From a bacterium (GTDB lineage: Bacteria; Patescibacteriota; Microgenomatia; UBA1400; PJMF01), in the NCBI GenBank assembly GCA_027620445.1, contig JAQBYG010000002.1, forward strand, positions 1,130-65,129: a stretch of DNA of 64,000 nucleotides, in the 5' to 3' direction. This document shows, in pieces, positions 18,605 through 28,338 of this stretch; positions within the stretch are counted from its first letter, which is position 1; the number at the start of each line of letters is the position of its first letter. The notes beneath the pieces were generated by a model, which was given only the letters and a program-made list of their open reading frames with translations, did not search any database and was not told where the DNA came from. The position numbers and the translations under genes are program-made.

Positions 18605-19780
18605 GTGCCACTCGCAGACATTCTTCGACCAACAAGCTTAGCTGAGTACCTTGGACAAAGCCACCTCGTCGGTCCAGGCAAACCCATCACCGAAGCTCTC
18701 AAAAAGGAACAGATGTTCTCGATGGTTTTCTGGGGTCCGCCTGGTGTCGGTAAAACAACGCTCGCTCGTATCATTGCCAGAGAGCAGCGTCGCGAGTTCT
18801 TTGAGCTCTCAGCTGTGTCTGCGGGGAAAGCTGACATACGAGAAATAATCGAGAACGAGCGGAAACAAAAACGATTCGACCAGCCAACCCTGTCACCGGT
18901 GTTATTTCTAGATGAAATTCACCGATTTAACAAAGCCCAACAAGATTTCTTACTGCCGTACGTAGAAACAGGTGAGTTGCTACTCATTGGCGCTACGACC
19001 GAAAATCCTAGTTTCGAAATTATCTCTGCCTTACTTTCGAGAACTAAAGTCTATATTTTAGAGCAGCTAACAGAAAGTGAGCTCAGACAAGTACTCAAGC
19101 GTGCGCAGGAGTACTGGAAGAAAACTGAGGGCAAGACAACAGCCATCGACAAGAAAACTGCTGATTGGCTGATTCAATTTGCCTCGGGCGACGCACGTAA
19201 ATTGCTCAATACGGTTGAGCATACTAAGGCAATTTATGATGCCATCAACATCGAGACTATAAAAACGAGTTTGCAAACCGCTACCCTTCGCTACGATAAA
19301 GCTGGAGAAGAACACTACGACACAATCAGCGCATTTATTAAATCGATGCGAGCAAGCAATGCCGATGCCGCTTTGTACTACTTAGCTCGCATGGTTCACG
19401 CCGGTGAGGATCCCAAGTTTATTGCCCGGAGGATGGTGATTTTTGCGAGTGAGGACATCGGACTAGCGGCACCTACTGCATTAGTCGTTGCCAACGCCGT
19501 CTTTCGTGCTGTGGAGTCGATCGGCTATCCAGAGGCACAAATCAATCTCGCCCACGGTGTCGCCTACCTCAGCAACTGTAAAAAGAACCGCTCGGCATAC
19601 GACGCATACTTTCGAGCGCTCGAGGATGTCAAGACACTCAGCAATCTCCCCATCCCGCTCAAGCTCAGGAACGCGCCAACAAAGCTCATGCAGTCAGCTG
19701 GCTATGGCAAAGGCTATAGTATGTACACCGATGACGATTTATTGCCAGAAAAACTTGGAAACAAAAAGTACTTCTCGTAG
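18605..19780 (+). CDS. rarA: Replication-associated recombination protein A
   Basis: PLADILRP, WGPPGVGKTT, DEIHRFNKAQQD, GATTENP, ISAFIKSMR, ASEDIG. Confidence 0.95.
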   Translation: MPLADILRPTSLAEYLGQSHLVGPGKPITEALKKEQMFSMVFWGPPGVGKTTLARIIAREQRREFFELSAVSAGKADIREIIENERKQKRFDQPTLSPVLFLDEIHRFNKAQQDFLLPYVETGELLLIGATTENPSFEIISALLSRTKVYILEQLTESELRQVLKRAQEYWKKTEGKTTAIDKKTADWLIQFASGDARKLLNTVEHTKAIYDAINIETIKTSLQTATLRYDKAGEEHYDTISAFIKSMRASNADAALYYLARMVHAGEDPKFIARRMVIFASEDIGLAAPTALVVANAVFRAVESIGYPEAQINLAHGVAYLSNCKKNRSAYDAYFRALEDVKTLSNLPIPLKLRNAPTKLMQSAGYGKGYSMYTDDDLLPEKLGNKKYFS

Positions 19781-19821
19781 GCTGCTACAGTTCCTGTCAG
19801 AATCATTCGTAAACTTAAGTA

Positions 19822-21282
19822 GTGACTCCACAAGAAGCGCTGCAGTACTATTTTGGCCTTACAACATTCCGAGCACCTCAAGCAGAAATCATTCAGAGCA
19901 TTCTGTCTGGAAGTGACACGCTCGCGCTACTACCGACCGGAAGCGGCAAATCGCTCTGCTTTCAAATTCCTGCCTTGCTCTTACCACATCTGACCGTTGT
20001 CATATCGCCTCTAATTGCTTTGATGGAAGACCAAGTTGCCCATCTACAAGAGCGGGGGATTGCAGCAACATTTCTCTCGAGTCAACTCAGTACTGAGGAA
20101 CAAAGAACGCGATTAGATGAGGTGGCAGGGGGGAAGTGGAAGCTCTTATACTGCACACCAGAGCGTCTGCAACAAAAAGTTTTTCAAAATGTATTGGCAA
20201 GCTGTGGCATTTCTCAACTTGTAGTTGATGAAGCCCACTGCATCAGTGAGTGGGGACATGATTTCAGACCAGAGTATCGCATGATTCCAGAGGCGATTTC
20301 CTTTTGCAAAGTAAGACCAGTAGTGTCTGCATTCACTGCCACTGCAACCAAAAAAACGGTGGCTGATATTACCCAAAGTTTGCAGCAGGTCACTCCAAGA
20401 ATATTCTCACTGCCACCAATCAGAACAAACATCATGCTCAATGTGCTGCCGTGTGAGAACAAAACAGAAAAGTTGCTCCAGCTCATGCGATTGTTGCAAA
20501 GACATGGAGGAGAAACTGGAATAATCTATGTTGCTACGAGAGCAGCAACGTGGGAAGTGCTAGCCGAGCTCCAAGAAGTGCTTCCTTCCCAGGCAAAGAA
20601 CATGACAAACTACCATGGTGGGATGGAGTTCGATGAGCGAGCAAAAAAGCAGCAGATGTATATGAGTGGAAAAGTGCGGTTACTCATCGCCACAACTGCA
20701 TTTGGGATGGGAATTGATAAGACAAACGTGCGCTTTGTTATTCACTACCATCCCCCAGCGAGTATCGAACAGTACTATCAGGAAGTTGGCAGAGCAGGGC
20801 GCGACGGCAATCCATCTTTTGCCTATACGCTCCTCAGACAAAAAGATTTCAAAGTACTCGTGCAGATTCATCTTGCAAACAAAAGTGGTGAGTTGCTCGA
20901 ACATACACGGTGGAAGTTGCATCAGGTCATTCGACTATTGTACGGACAGAGTTGCAGCACAAAGAAGATTGCAAGGTACTTCTCACAGCCAGCACCGACA
21001 TCTTGCAACACTTGCGACCGTTGTGCAAAAAAATATCGGCAGGATCCTCTCCTGAGAACACTGGCAGAGAAGCGAACGAAAGAGCAGATACAAAAATTAC
21101 TGAAATGGAGAAGAGAGACAGGCAAGACGGAAGAGCAATATCAAATTGCCACAGATTTCCAACTGATGCTACTAGCACATTGTCAACCAAAAACCATCGA
21201 TGCATGCTGCAAGCTGCCTGGCTTTGGCAAAGGTTGGTGCGAACAGTTTTGGCAGACAATCCAGGCATACATGGTACAATAA
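19822..21282 (+). CDS. recQ: RecQ family ATP-dependent DNA helicase
   Basis: [41 protein letters not shown], Zn motif CNTCDRC. Confidence 0.93.
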   Translation: MTPQEALQYYFGLTTFRAPQAEIIQSILSGSDTLALLPTGSGKSLCFQIPALLLPHLTVVISPLIALMEDQVAHLQERGIAATFLSSQLSTEEQRTRLDEVAGGKWKLLYCTPERLQQKVFQNVLASCGISQLVVDEAHCISEWGHDFRPEYRMIPEAISFCKVRPVVSAFTATATKKTVADITQSLQQVTPRIFSLPPIRTNIMLNVLPCENKTEKLLQLMRLLQRHGGETGIIYVATRAATWEVLAELQEVLPSQAKNMTNYHGGMEFDERAKKQQMYMSGKVRLLIATTAFGMGIDKTNVRFVIHYHPPASIEQYYQEVGRAGRDGNPSFAYTLLRQKDFKVLVQIHLANKSGELLEHTRWKLHQVIRLLYGQSCSTKKIARYFSQPAPTSCNTCDRCAKKYRQDPLLRTLAEKRTKEQIQKLLKWRRETGKTEEQYQIATDFQLMLLAHCQPKTIDACCKLPGFGKGWCEQFWQTIQAYMVQ

Positions 21283-21288
21283 ACGCTT

Positions 21289-21621
21289 ATGTCAATGTCA
21301 ATACAAAAACTAACTGAGGAGTATCAAGTTATTGCCGATATTCTCAACAAGCTCTGGCCGCTCAAAAATAAACAACACAGAACGTTTGCTAGAACAATGA
21401 AGGTCGTCGAAGAGCTTGGTGAACTCTCAGATGAAATCCTAACCAGCATGAATATCCAGCGAAACAGTAAGATCGCAAAGTTCTCTCATCAAAATGTGGA
21501 AGATGAGTTTGCAGACGTCCTTGGGTCTTTGGTTCTGTTGGCAATTGAGCTCGAAATTGATATAGAAGAAGTGATGAAGCGAAAAATTTTATACACACAC
21601 AAGCGCTTGCTCAACGAATAA
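21289..21621 (+). CDS. MazG-like nucleotide pyrophosphohydrolase
   Basis: KVVEELGEL and EDEFADV acidic motifs. Confidence 0.85.
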   Translation: MSMSIQKLTEEYQVIADILNKLWPLKNKQHRTFARTMKVVEELGELSDEILTSMNIQRNSKIAKFSHQNVEDEFADVLGSLVLLAIELEIDIEEVMKRKILYTHKRLLNE

Positions 21622-21623
21622 CT

Positions 21624-23426
21624 TTACAATTTACAGTGTTGATATAACTTTCCATTTCGAAAGTGCCGTTTTTTATAGTATTCTTTTGTACCAATGGCTG
21701 AAATTACAGCCAGATTTTTGTATCCATGTTCAGTAGCAACTTTTTTTGCTTCTTCTAACAGCTCGCTGCCCAACCCAATGTGTTGAGATTTTCCAGTATT
21801 TTTCTCTCCCATAGAAACCAGCTGACCATACACATGTAGTTCGCGAATAACTGCTGAGCTGCCAAGCTCGGTAATAAAAGATGGGTCTTCTGGCAGAGAT
21901 AATCGCAAAAATGCGGCGATCTTGTTTTCCTTAGTAACATGCTGCATGAAGACTTCTATGCCAACACTCGTTTTATAGCACAACGTTTTCAGCACTACTT
22001 CTTCTCGTTTCACAGAATTTTCACGAATTTCACGAGCTCTAATGTCCGACTGGATTAAACTCTTTTCCTCAACAGAGCGTGTCGCAATTTCACGAAAGTT
22101 GGTTTTCTTGTTTCCCACCACAATATCCTGGGATGGGATGTCCCTGATTACCCGAGTCAGACGAGAGTACTCCGGGGTATGCGTGAGCGCGTGTGCAACT
22201 ACACTCAGGAGTTCGCTATCTGAGTAGGGCTTCCACAAACCTTGCTTGTGATACTTCGAAAGCTCCGCACTGCTTACGAGAGAACAAGGATACACCTTCA
22301 GTTCGTCAGGACAAAAATCTGGGTCTGAAAATAATTGATCAAAGTCTTCGATATCTTGCTCAACAGATGAACCATACAAATTTGCCATCCAGTGCGCGTG
22401 AATCTTGAACCCTGCTGAGCGGAGCAAACGAAATGCCCTGCGTGTTGCTGCGACATCGTGACCACGATTGTTTTTCTTCAGCACCGAGTCTTGCAGTGAC
22501 TGCACGCCAATTTGTGTCTTGGTACAACCAAGTCTGCGCACTCGAATTACCTCCTCCTCAGAGATTGAGTCTGGTCTCGTCTCGATTACCAAACCAACGT
22601 TTCTGATCTCTGCCGTTTCATTTAGTTTTTGTTCTCGTTCTAACTCTTCCCAGCTCGCTGTTTGGTATACATCGAATCCACCAATTTTCTCTGGGGCTAC
22701 ATAGAGTTCAGAGACGGTTTTGTTGTAGGACTTTTTCAGATCTGCCCCGTCGATCTCAAACTTTTTGAACTCCAATTTATTTTTCTTTGGATCAGAGCTC
22801 AGTGCAGTTCGTAACTTCGACTCTAAGTTTTTGTACTGCTCTAGGACTGCTGAGGATGTGTCCGTCCCAACAGAAAATTCATTGAGTGCGCGGAAACACT
22901 CTTTGATAAACCAAATCTGATACTGTTCTGGATAAAAAGACCAGGTTCCCCCCAAAATAATCAACTCCGCTTTGGAAACATCATGACCAATTGTTTTAAG
23001 AGCGGTTAGACGACTGTAGGTCTGTAAATACGGGTCAAAATAATTGCGTTCAGCTCGCTGTGCACCTGGCTCGTCTGCCAAGTAGCTCTTTGGCATACGC
23101 ACATCATTGGGACAAAAAATACACTTGCCTGGACAGGGAAATGGTTTCGTCAAAACAGTGATCGGAGCCACACCAGACATCGTGCGAGTCGGTTTTTTGA
23201 GCAACAGTGAAAACATGCTTTTTGAAGCCACCAACTCGTCATTGTCTATCAAGAAATGTTTGTAGCCCGCTAATATTTCTGACTGAGAAAATACTCCACC
23301 GTTCTGCTTTGTGAACTTTTTTTTGTACTTTTCAATTTGTAGCCTGTTGAGATTACTATCAGCAAGCAAAACCGCGAGTAATCGAGAAAGTTGCTCTGCT
23401 TCGCTGGTATACTGTGTTCCTGGCAT
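21624..23426 (-). CDS. Elp3 family tRNA uridine(34) carboxymethyl/acetyltransferase (radical SAM plus KAT)
   Basis: RTMSGVAPI, CPGKCIFCP, PKSY..EP, ILGGT, ETRPD, LKVYP, IRELHVYG, QHIGLG, VISAIGTKEYY. Confidence 0.93.
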   Translation of the reverse strand: MPGTQYTSEAEQLSRLLAVLLADSNLNRLQIEKYKKKFTKQNGGVFSQSEILAGYKHFLIDNDELVASKSMFSLLLKKPTRTMSGVAPITVLTKPFPCPGKCIFCPNDVRMPKSYLADEPGAQRAERNYFDPYLQTYSRLTALKTIGHDVSKAELIILGGTWSFYPEQYQIWFIKECFRALNEFSVGTDTSSAVLEQYKNLESKLRTALSSDPKKNKLEFKKFEIDGADLKKSYNKTVSELYVAPEKIGGFDVYQTASWEELEREQKLNETAEIRNVGLVIETRPDSISEEEVIRVRRLGCTKTQIGVQSLQDSVLKKNNRGHDVAATRRAFRLLRSAGFKIHAHWMANLYGSSVEQDIEDFDQLFSDPDFCPDELKVYPCSLVSSAELSKYHKQGLWKPYSDSELLSVVAHALTHTPEYSRLTRVIRDIPSQDIVVGNKKTNFREIATRSVEEKSLIQSDIRAREIRENSVKREEVVLKTLCYKTSVGIEVFMQHVTKENKIAAFLRLSLPEDPSFITELGSSAVIRELHVYGQLVSMGEKNTGKSQHIGLGSELLEEAKKVATEHGYKNLAVISAIGTKEYYKKRHFRNGKLYQHCKL

Positions 23427-23461
23427 GCGGAGTATTATATCTCGGATAAGGTCATCTCCCT

Positions 23462-24211
23462 ATGGACGACAAAACGATCACACGATTGGCTAACATCACC
23501 ACAAGTTTTTATACGAAGACAGCCAAAGACTTCAGTGCCTCACGCAGCATGCCGTGGGAAGGGTGGGAGCAACTTGTACCCGCAATCTCCAAGATTAGAA
23601 CTAGACCTGTTCGTGTACTAGATATTGCTTGTGGCAATGGAAGATTTGCCCACTTTCTTTCACAAAAGTGCCCAAACACTCCCTTTGAGTATGTAGGGAT
23701 TGATAATAACGACGAGTTGCTGCGCGACGCAAAAAAGCAAAAAGTTGGCGACAATATCACCACAGCTTTTCATAGCACAGATATCATCAGAAAGCTGCAA
23801 CAGGCAGAAAAACTGATTGCTAGTGAGCGGCCATTTGACCTTGTCGTTGCTTTCGGTTTCTTACATCATGTTCCTAGTACCAAGCTGCGAGAACAGCTTT
23901 TTCTCTCAATGGCCGAGCAGGGTACAGATACTAGCTACTTCGTGGTCACTTTTTGGGATTTTATTTCCTCCCAACGTCTCGAAAAAAAACAAGTTGATCC
24001 GAGCATTCTTGGAATCGATCACACCAAGCTTGAGGTCGGCGACTATATTCTTGATTGGCAACGCGGCACAGCAGCACTCAGATACGCCAACCACACAATG
24101 CCAAAAGAGCGCTATCACTTGGCAAAACAATCTGGACTGAAGTTGGTTGACGAATTTCGTGCAGACGGCAAAGAGCATAATCTCAACCATTACCTTGTCT
24201 TACAAAAATAA
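23462..24211 (+). CDS. Class I SAM-dependent methyltransferase, Trm9/ALKBH8-like
   Basis: FYTKTAKDFSASRSMPW, VLDIACGNGRF, FLHHVP. The methyltransferase call is firm; the Trm9 likeness is inferred. Confidence 0.8.
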   Translation: MDDKTITRLANITTSFYTKTAKDFSASRSMPWEGWEQLVPAISKIRTRPVRVLDIACGNGRFAHFLSQKCPNTPFEYVGIDNNDELLRDAKKQKVGDNITTAFHSTDIIRKLQQAEKLIASERPFDLVVAFGFLHHVPSTKLREQLFLSMAEQGTDTSYFVVTFWDFISSQRLEKKQVDPSILGIDHTKLEVGDYILDWQRGTAALRYANHTMPKERYHLAKQSGLKLVDEFRADGKEHNLNHYLVLQK

Positions 24212-24232
24212 CGCGGTACTATACTACTCAAG

Positions 24233-25780
24233 ATGCGACTCGTGCTCTCACTACTACTCGTTTCACTTTCTATCATCGGAATTGCTGACTCAGGGTATAT
24301 CAGCTGGAACGAATGGCAACAAATTATTCCAGAATGCGGTGCTGGTTTTGATTGTGGCACAGTCCTCTCTAGCCAATGGGCGCGCATCGGACCAGTGCCG
24401 CTCGCTTACATCGGGCTCATCTATTACATAACAGCATTTGCGCTCAGCATCCTCCATGTTGTCGATTTAGAAGCTGGATCAATCACAAAAAAATTACAAC
24501 GCTTCAAAGCAACCCCAATAGAGCTTCTCTGGTTGCTCACCCTCTTTGGTTTTGTTTTTTCGCTGTATTTAATTTGGATCATGGCATTTGCGATAGGAGA
24601 GTGGTGTAAGTACTGTCTCATTTCGGCGGCGACCTCTTCCAGTCTTTTCTTGCTTTCGAGCATATATCTCAAAACTACTCTCAAACATCCGGCATACTGC
24701 ATCCGCACCCTCCTACAAAAAAAGTTCGGTTTTCTGTATCGACATATTGTTAAACCTATCTTCTTTCTGTTTGATGCGGAGTTTATTCATACCAGCATGC
24801 TCAAGACTGGTGAGTCTCTAGGAAAATCAGCTATAGGAAAAACACTTCTGCGACACTGTTTCTCCGTGCAACACCAGAGTCTGCAAACGACAAAAGCAGG
24901 CATATCGTTCCCGAATAAAGTCGGTCTCTCAGCGGGCTTCGATTACAACGGACAACTCACTGGGATTTTACCTTCAGTTGGCTTTGGTTGGCACACCATC
25001 GGAACGGTGACACTGGAACCGTACGAGGGCAACAAAAAACCACGTCTCGGAAGGTTCCCCAACTCCAAAGCATTGCTGGTAAACAAAGGTCTTAAAAACC
25101 TAGGCGCTCGAAGAATCATCGCTAATCTCGAGAATCAGCACTTTGCAATCCCCACGGGCATCAGCATCGCCAGTACTAACAAACACTTTGACTCAACCAA
25201 ACAGCAGATGCTCGATATCGTTGAGTGCTTTTGGCTCTTTGATCACTCTCGAGTTGGCCATGCCTTCTATGAAATGAACATCAGCTGCCCCAACACCTTT
25301 GAGGGCGAGCCATTCACCACACCTGATCGGCTGGAGTTGTTGCTATCAGCATTAGATCAACTGCAACTGTCAAAACCGGTATTCGTAAAAATGCTGATTG
25401 ATCAAGGAGAGCAAGAAACGAGAGCCCTTCTCACTGTGACTGCCAAACATAACACGGCCGGCGTTATTTTCGGCAACCTCACCAAAAATAAAGAAAGCTC
25501 TGTCATGACTGCGGAGGATCGAGAGCAATGGAAAAAGATGCGCGGCAATATCAGTGGCAAACCAACTTGGGAACAATCGAACAAGCATATCGCACTCACT
25601 AAAAAAGAATTTGGCAATCGCTTTGTCATTATTGGCACTGGTGGAATATTTTCTGCCGCAGATGCGGCCGAAAAAATTCGCTTAGGCGCTGATCTCGTCC
25701 AGCTTATCACCGGGATGGTTTTCCAAGGACCCCAACTTATCGGTGAAATCAATTTGGACCAATGCTACAATACCCGTTGA
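24233..25780 (+). CDS. VKOR domain fused to a class-2 dihydroorotate dehydrogenase-like FMN domain
   Basis: VKOR part: ECGAGFDCGTVLSSQWA and WCKYC within TM helices. DHODH part: FDAEFIH, NKVGLSAGFD, GTVT, PRLGR, NISCPNT, SGKP, IGTGGI, GADLVQLITG. One uninterrupted ORF. Confidence 0.92.
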   Translation: MRLVLSLLLVSLSIIGIADSGYISWNEWQQIIPECGAGFDCGTVLSSQWARIGPVPLAYIGLIYYITAFALSILHVVDLEAGSITKKLQRFKATPIELLWLLTLFGFVFSLYLIWIMAFAIGEWCKYCLISAATSSSLFLLSSIYLKTTLKHPAYCIRTLLQKKFGFLYRHIVKPIFFLFDAEFIHTSMLKTGESLGKSAIGKTLLRHCFSVQHQSLQTTKAGISFPNKVGLSAGFDYNGQLTGILPSVGFGWHTIGTVTLEPYEGNKKPRLGRFPNSKALLVNKGLKNLGARRIIANLENQHFAIPTGISIASTNKHFDSTKQQMLDIVECFWLFDHSRVGHAFYEMNISCPNTFEGEPFTTPDRLELLLSALDQLQLSKPVFVKMLIDQGEQETRALLTVTAKHNTAGVIFGNLTKNKESSVMTAEDREQWKKMRGNISGKPTWEQSNKHIALTKKEFGNRFVIIGTGGIFSAADAAEKIRLGADLVQLITGMVFQGPQLIGEINLDQCYNTR

Positions 25781-25782
25781 GT

Positions 25783-25853
25783 TGCCCGATCGTCCAATGG
25801 CAGGACAGCGGCCTTTGAAGCCGTCAATCTTGGTTCGAATCCAAGTCGGGCAT
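25783..25853 (+). tRNA. tRNA-Gln(TTG)
   Basis: TGCCCGA/TCGGGCA; anticodon arm GCGGC-CT TTG AA-GCCGT. Confidence 0.95.
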
Positions 25854-25876
25854 CAATAGCTGCTATAATTTTCCAT

Positions 25877-26452
25877 ATGAAAAACGCAATCATCTTACAC
25901 GGGGGACCGAGCAAAGATGAGTACTATGATCCAACAATGCCGAGTATGAGCAATGCTCATTGGATTCCTTGGCTGCAAGCTCAATTACTCAAAAAAGATA
26001 TTCCGACAGCAACTCCGGAAATTCCAAATGCCTATGATAGAAATTGGCTGGTATGGAGCAGAGAAGTTGAAAGATTTGATATTACAAAAGAAACAATGTT
26101 AATAGGCCACAGCACTGGCGCAGGATTTTTTATCAAGTACCTTTCCATTCATCCAGAGTTACAAGTAGGTAGAGTTATCTTGGTTGCTCCGTGGTTAGAC
26201 CCAGATAGGACTAAGACAGTTAATTTTTTCGACGACTTTGAAATTGACTCTGAATTAGTAAAAAGGACAAATGGTATTACGGTTTGGTACTCAGATAATG
26301 ACGAGGAAAGTGTTTTAAAAACTGCTGAACTCATTAAAAAAAAGACCTCGGGCATTCAATACAAAGAATTTCATAACTATGGTCATTTTTGTATTGGTGA
26401 TTTAAAGAGCAATGAATTTCCTGAATTATTAGAGCTAATTACAGAAGAATAA
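25877..26452 (+). CDS. RBBP9/YdeN family alpha/beta hydrolase
   Basis: IILHG, WIPWL, GHSTG, SDND, GHF. Confidence 0.88.
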   Translation: MKNAIILHGGPSKDEYYDPTMPSMSNAHWIPWLQAQLLKKDIPTATPEIPNAYDRNWLVWSREVERFDITKETMLIGHSTGAGFFIKYLSIHPELQVGRVILVAPWLDPDRTKTVNFFDDFEIDSELVKRTNGITVWYSDNDEESVLKTAELIKKKTSGIQYKEFHNYGHFCIGDLKSNEFPELLELITEE

Positions 26453-26454
26453 CT

Positions 26455-26895
26455 ATGATAAATGAATTTCCTGCAAAAAACACATTGCTTTTAGAATTAC
26501 ATGTTCCAAGCTTTGAAATAACTAAGGAGTTTTATGAGAACCTAGGCTTCAAAGTTGTGTGGGCACGAAATCCAGAAGGTTTTAAAGGATACTTGGTAAT
26601 GAGTCTTGAAGATAATATTTTATGTTTTTGGGCTGGAAATGAAAATGTATATGAACAAGATTATTTCAAAAAATGGGATAAAAATACAAAGAGAGGTTAT
26701 GGAGTCGAAATCGTTTTAATGGTTGAAGATATTGCTAAATTTTACAATGAAGTTAAATCAAGAATTGAAATATTTGAAAAATTGCAAAAAAGACCATGGG
26801 GATTAGAAGATTTTAGAATTGAAGATCCGTTTGGTTATTATTTACGCTTTACATCTAGGCATAATATGTTTGATGATAAGTATGCTGTAAGCTAA
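26455..26895 (+). CDS. VOC/glyoxalase family protein
   Basis: FYENLGF and RPWGLEDFRIEDPFGYYLRF. Confidence 0.88.
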   Translation: MINEFPAKNTLLLELHVPSFEITKEFYENLGFKVVWARNPEGFKGYLVMSLEDNILCFWAGNENVYEQDYFKKWDKNTKRGYGVEIVLMVEDIAKFYNEVKSRIEIFEKLQKRPWGLEDFRIEDPFGYYLRFTSRHNMFDDKYAVS

Positions 26896-26900
26896 TATTA

Positions 26901-26929
26901 GTTCCCACATAGTACAACCACGCCATCAA
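26901..26929 (+). repeat. Junction repeat, copy 1
   Basis: GTTCCCACATAGTACAACCACGCCATCAA; 23 of 29 aligned positions match copy 2; starts 5 nt after a stop codon. Confidence 0.6.
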
Positions 26930-26974
26930 CGATAATTCCTCAAGGTGAACTTTAATCTGATATGATTTGCTGAT

Positions 26975-27667
26975 ATGAAAAATTGGGAAGACTTCAAAAA
27001 AGATGGGGCAAAATTCTCTCCTACTGAAGAATTAGGATTAAGTTTTTTTAAGCCTCAACACCGAAGAATTTTGAGTGTAGGAATTAGCACGGCAGGGTTT
27101 GCAGAAATTAGAATTGCTTTAGAAGATTCGTCAAGAAGTATAGTTGCGACTACACTAGATGTAGAAGGCATTGAATTCTCAAGAGATTTGGTTAAAAAAT
27201 ACAGTTTAGAAAATCAAATTGAGCTAAAAATTGAAGACATCGCTTCTGATTTACCTTATGAAACTGAGTCATTTGATTTCGTGTATGCAAGATTAGTTTT
27301 ACATTACCTGCCAAAAGATCGATTAAAAAAAGCATTAAAAAGTATCTTTGGTTTGTTAAAAGATGGTGGTGAGCTTTTTATTGTAGTTAGGTCATACGAT
27401 TGGGAATCAGAGATAATTGGGGCTTCGTATGATGAAGAGTCTTGTCTAACCACGTATCCAACCTACGATTCAAATAACAAGATTATTAAAACTTCTACAA
27501 GACACCTTCAGACTGTTGGAAGTATTTCCTCTTATTTAAAAAAATCTGACTTTTCGATCAATTCAGTGAAGTTAATTTCAGAAACTATTTATAGTGGGTA
27601 CGAAAGAATTGCTGAGCAGGAAAATAGACTCCCAGCCAATTTGATTGCTGTTCATGCTAGTAGGTAA
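26975..27667 (+). CDS. Class I SAM-dependent methyltransferase-like protein
   Basis: LPYETESFDFVYARLVLHY and LLKDGG; motif I is divergent (LSVGISTAG). Confidence 0.8.
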   Translation: MKNWEDFKKDGAKFSPTEELGLSFFKPQHRRILSVGISTAGFAEIRIALEDSSRSIVATTLDVEGIEFSRDLVKKYSLENQIELKIEDIASDLPYETESFDFVYARLVLHYLPKDRLKKALKSIFGLLKDGGELFIVVRSYDWESEIIGASYDEESCLTTYPTYDSNNKIIKTSTRHLQTVGSISSYLKKSDFSINSVKLISETIYSGYERIAEQENRLPANLIAVHASR

Positions 27668-27671
27668 ACTT

Positions 27672-27699
27672 GTTCTCATATAGAACAATCTGCCATCAA
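27672..27699 (+). repeat. Junction repeat, copy 2
   Basis: GTTCTCATATAGAACAATCTGCCATCAA; overlaps the inverted repeat TTGTTCT/AGAACAA; starts 4 nt after a stop codon. Confidence 0.6.
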
Positions 27700-27759
27700 T
27701 TTCTCTGCTATACTTTTGTGAATGAAAATCATTCTAAGTGCGCTTGAGCTGGATGAGAT

Positions 27760-28338
27760 ATGAACAAACACCTCCAGGTCGCCGACTTAGTCAAACAAGC
27801 CTACGAACAATCAGAACAAGCATTTGCGCACTGGATGTGGGAAAACCACGTTCCTCTTGTCGCGAAAAAATCAGAAGAGTTGGCACAAAAGTATGGAGCA
27901 AATGAAGATCAAGTTGTTGCCGGTGCTTGACTACATGACTTTGGCGATGCATTTGTACACAGACATTCGTCTGAGCATAATGCAGTTTCTAAAGTAGAAG
28001 CTACTAAAATATTGACTCAATCTGAATACTCTGACGACGAAATTACGAGGGTTCTGGAAGAAGTTATCTTGCCTCACTCTTGCAAAGAAGGGACTTTGCC
28101 GCAATCGTTAGAAGGACAAATACTTGCTACGGCTGATGCAATAGTGCATCTTTCAACAGATTTTTATCTACAATTCGCATGGATGCATTTGCCTGAGGGC
28201 AAGAATTACGCTGAATTTCTTTTATGGGTCCAAGAAAAATTAGATCGAGATTTCAAAACCAAGATTTTTTTTGATGAGGTCAGAGAAGAGTACCGACATA
28301 AATATGATGCGTTGAAACAGGTTTTTGTGAAGAAATAA
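27760..28338 (+). pseudogene. HD-domain protein with one in-frame TGA
   Basis: ATG 27760 reads ...WENHV...VAGA*LHDFGD... with TGA at 27928-27930, then continues in frame into ORF 28012..28338 (PHS, ATADA). Confidence 0.85.

Noticed and set aside
26901-27699. Classical integron attC sites
   Set aside because: No RYYYAAC...GTTRRRY boundaries or long imperfect palindrome, and no intI in the window.
27928-27930. Genome-wide TGA recoding (code 4 or 25)
   Set aside because: TGA ends several genes at expected positions (6167, 25780, 36407) and conserved genes have no internal TGA.
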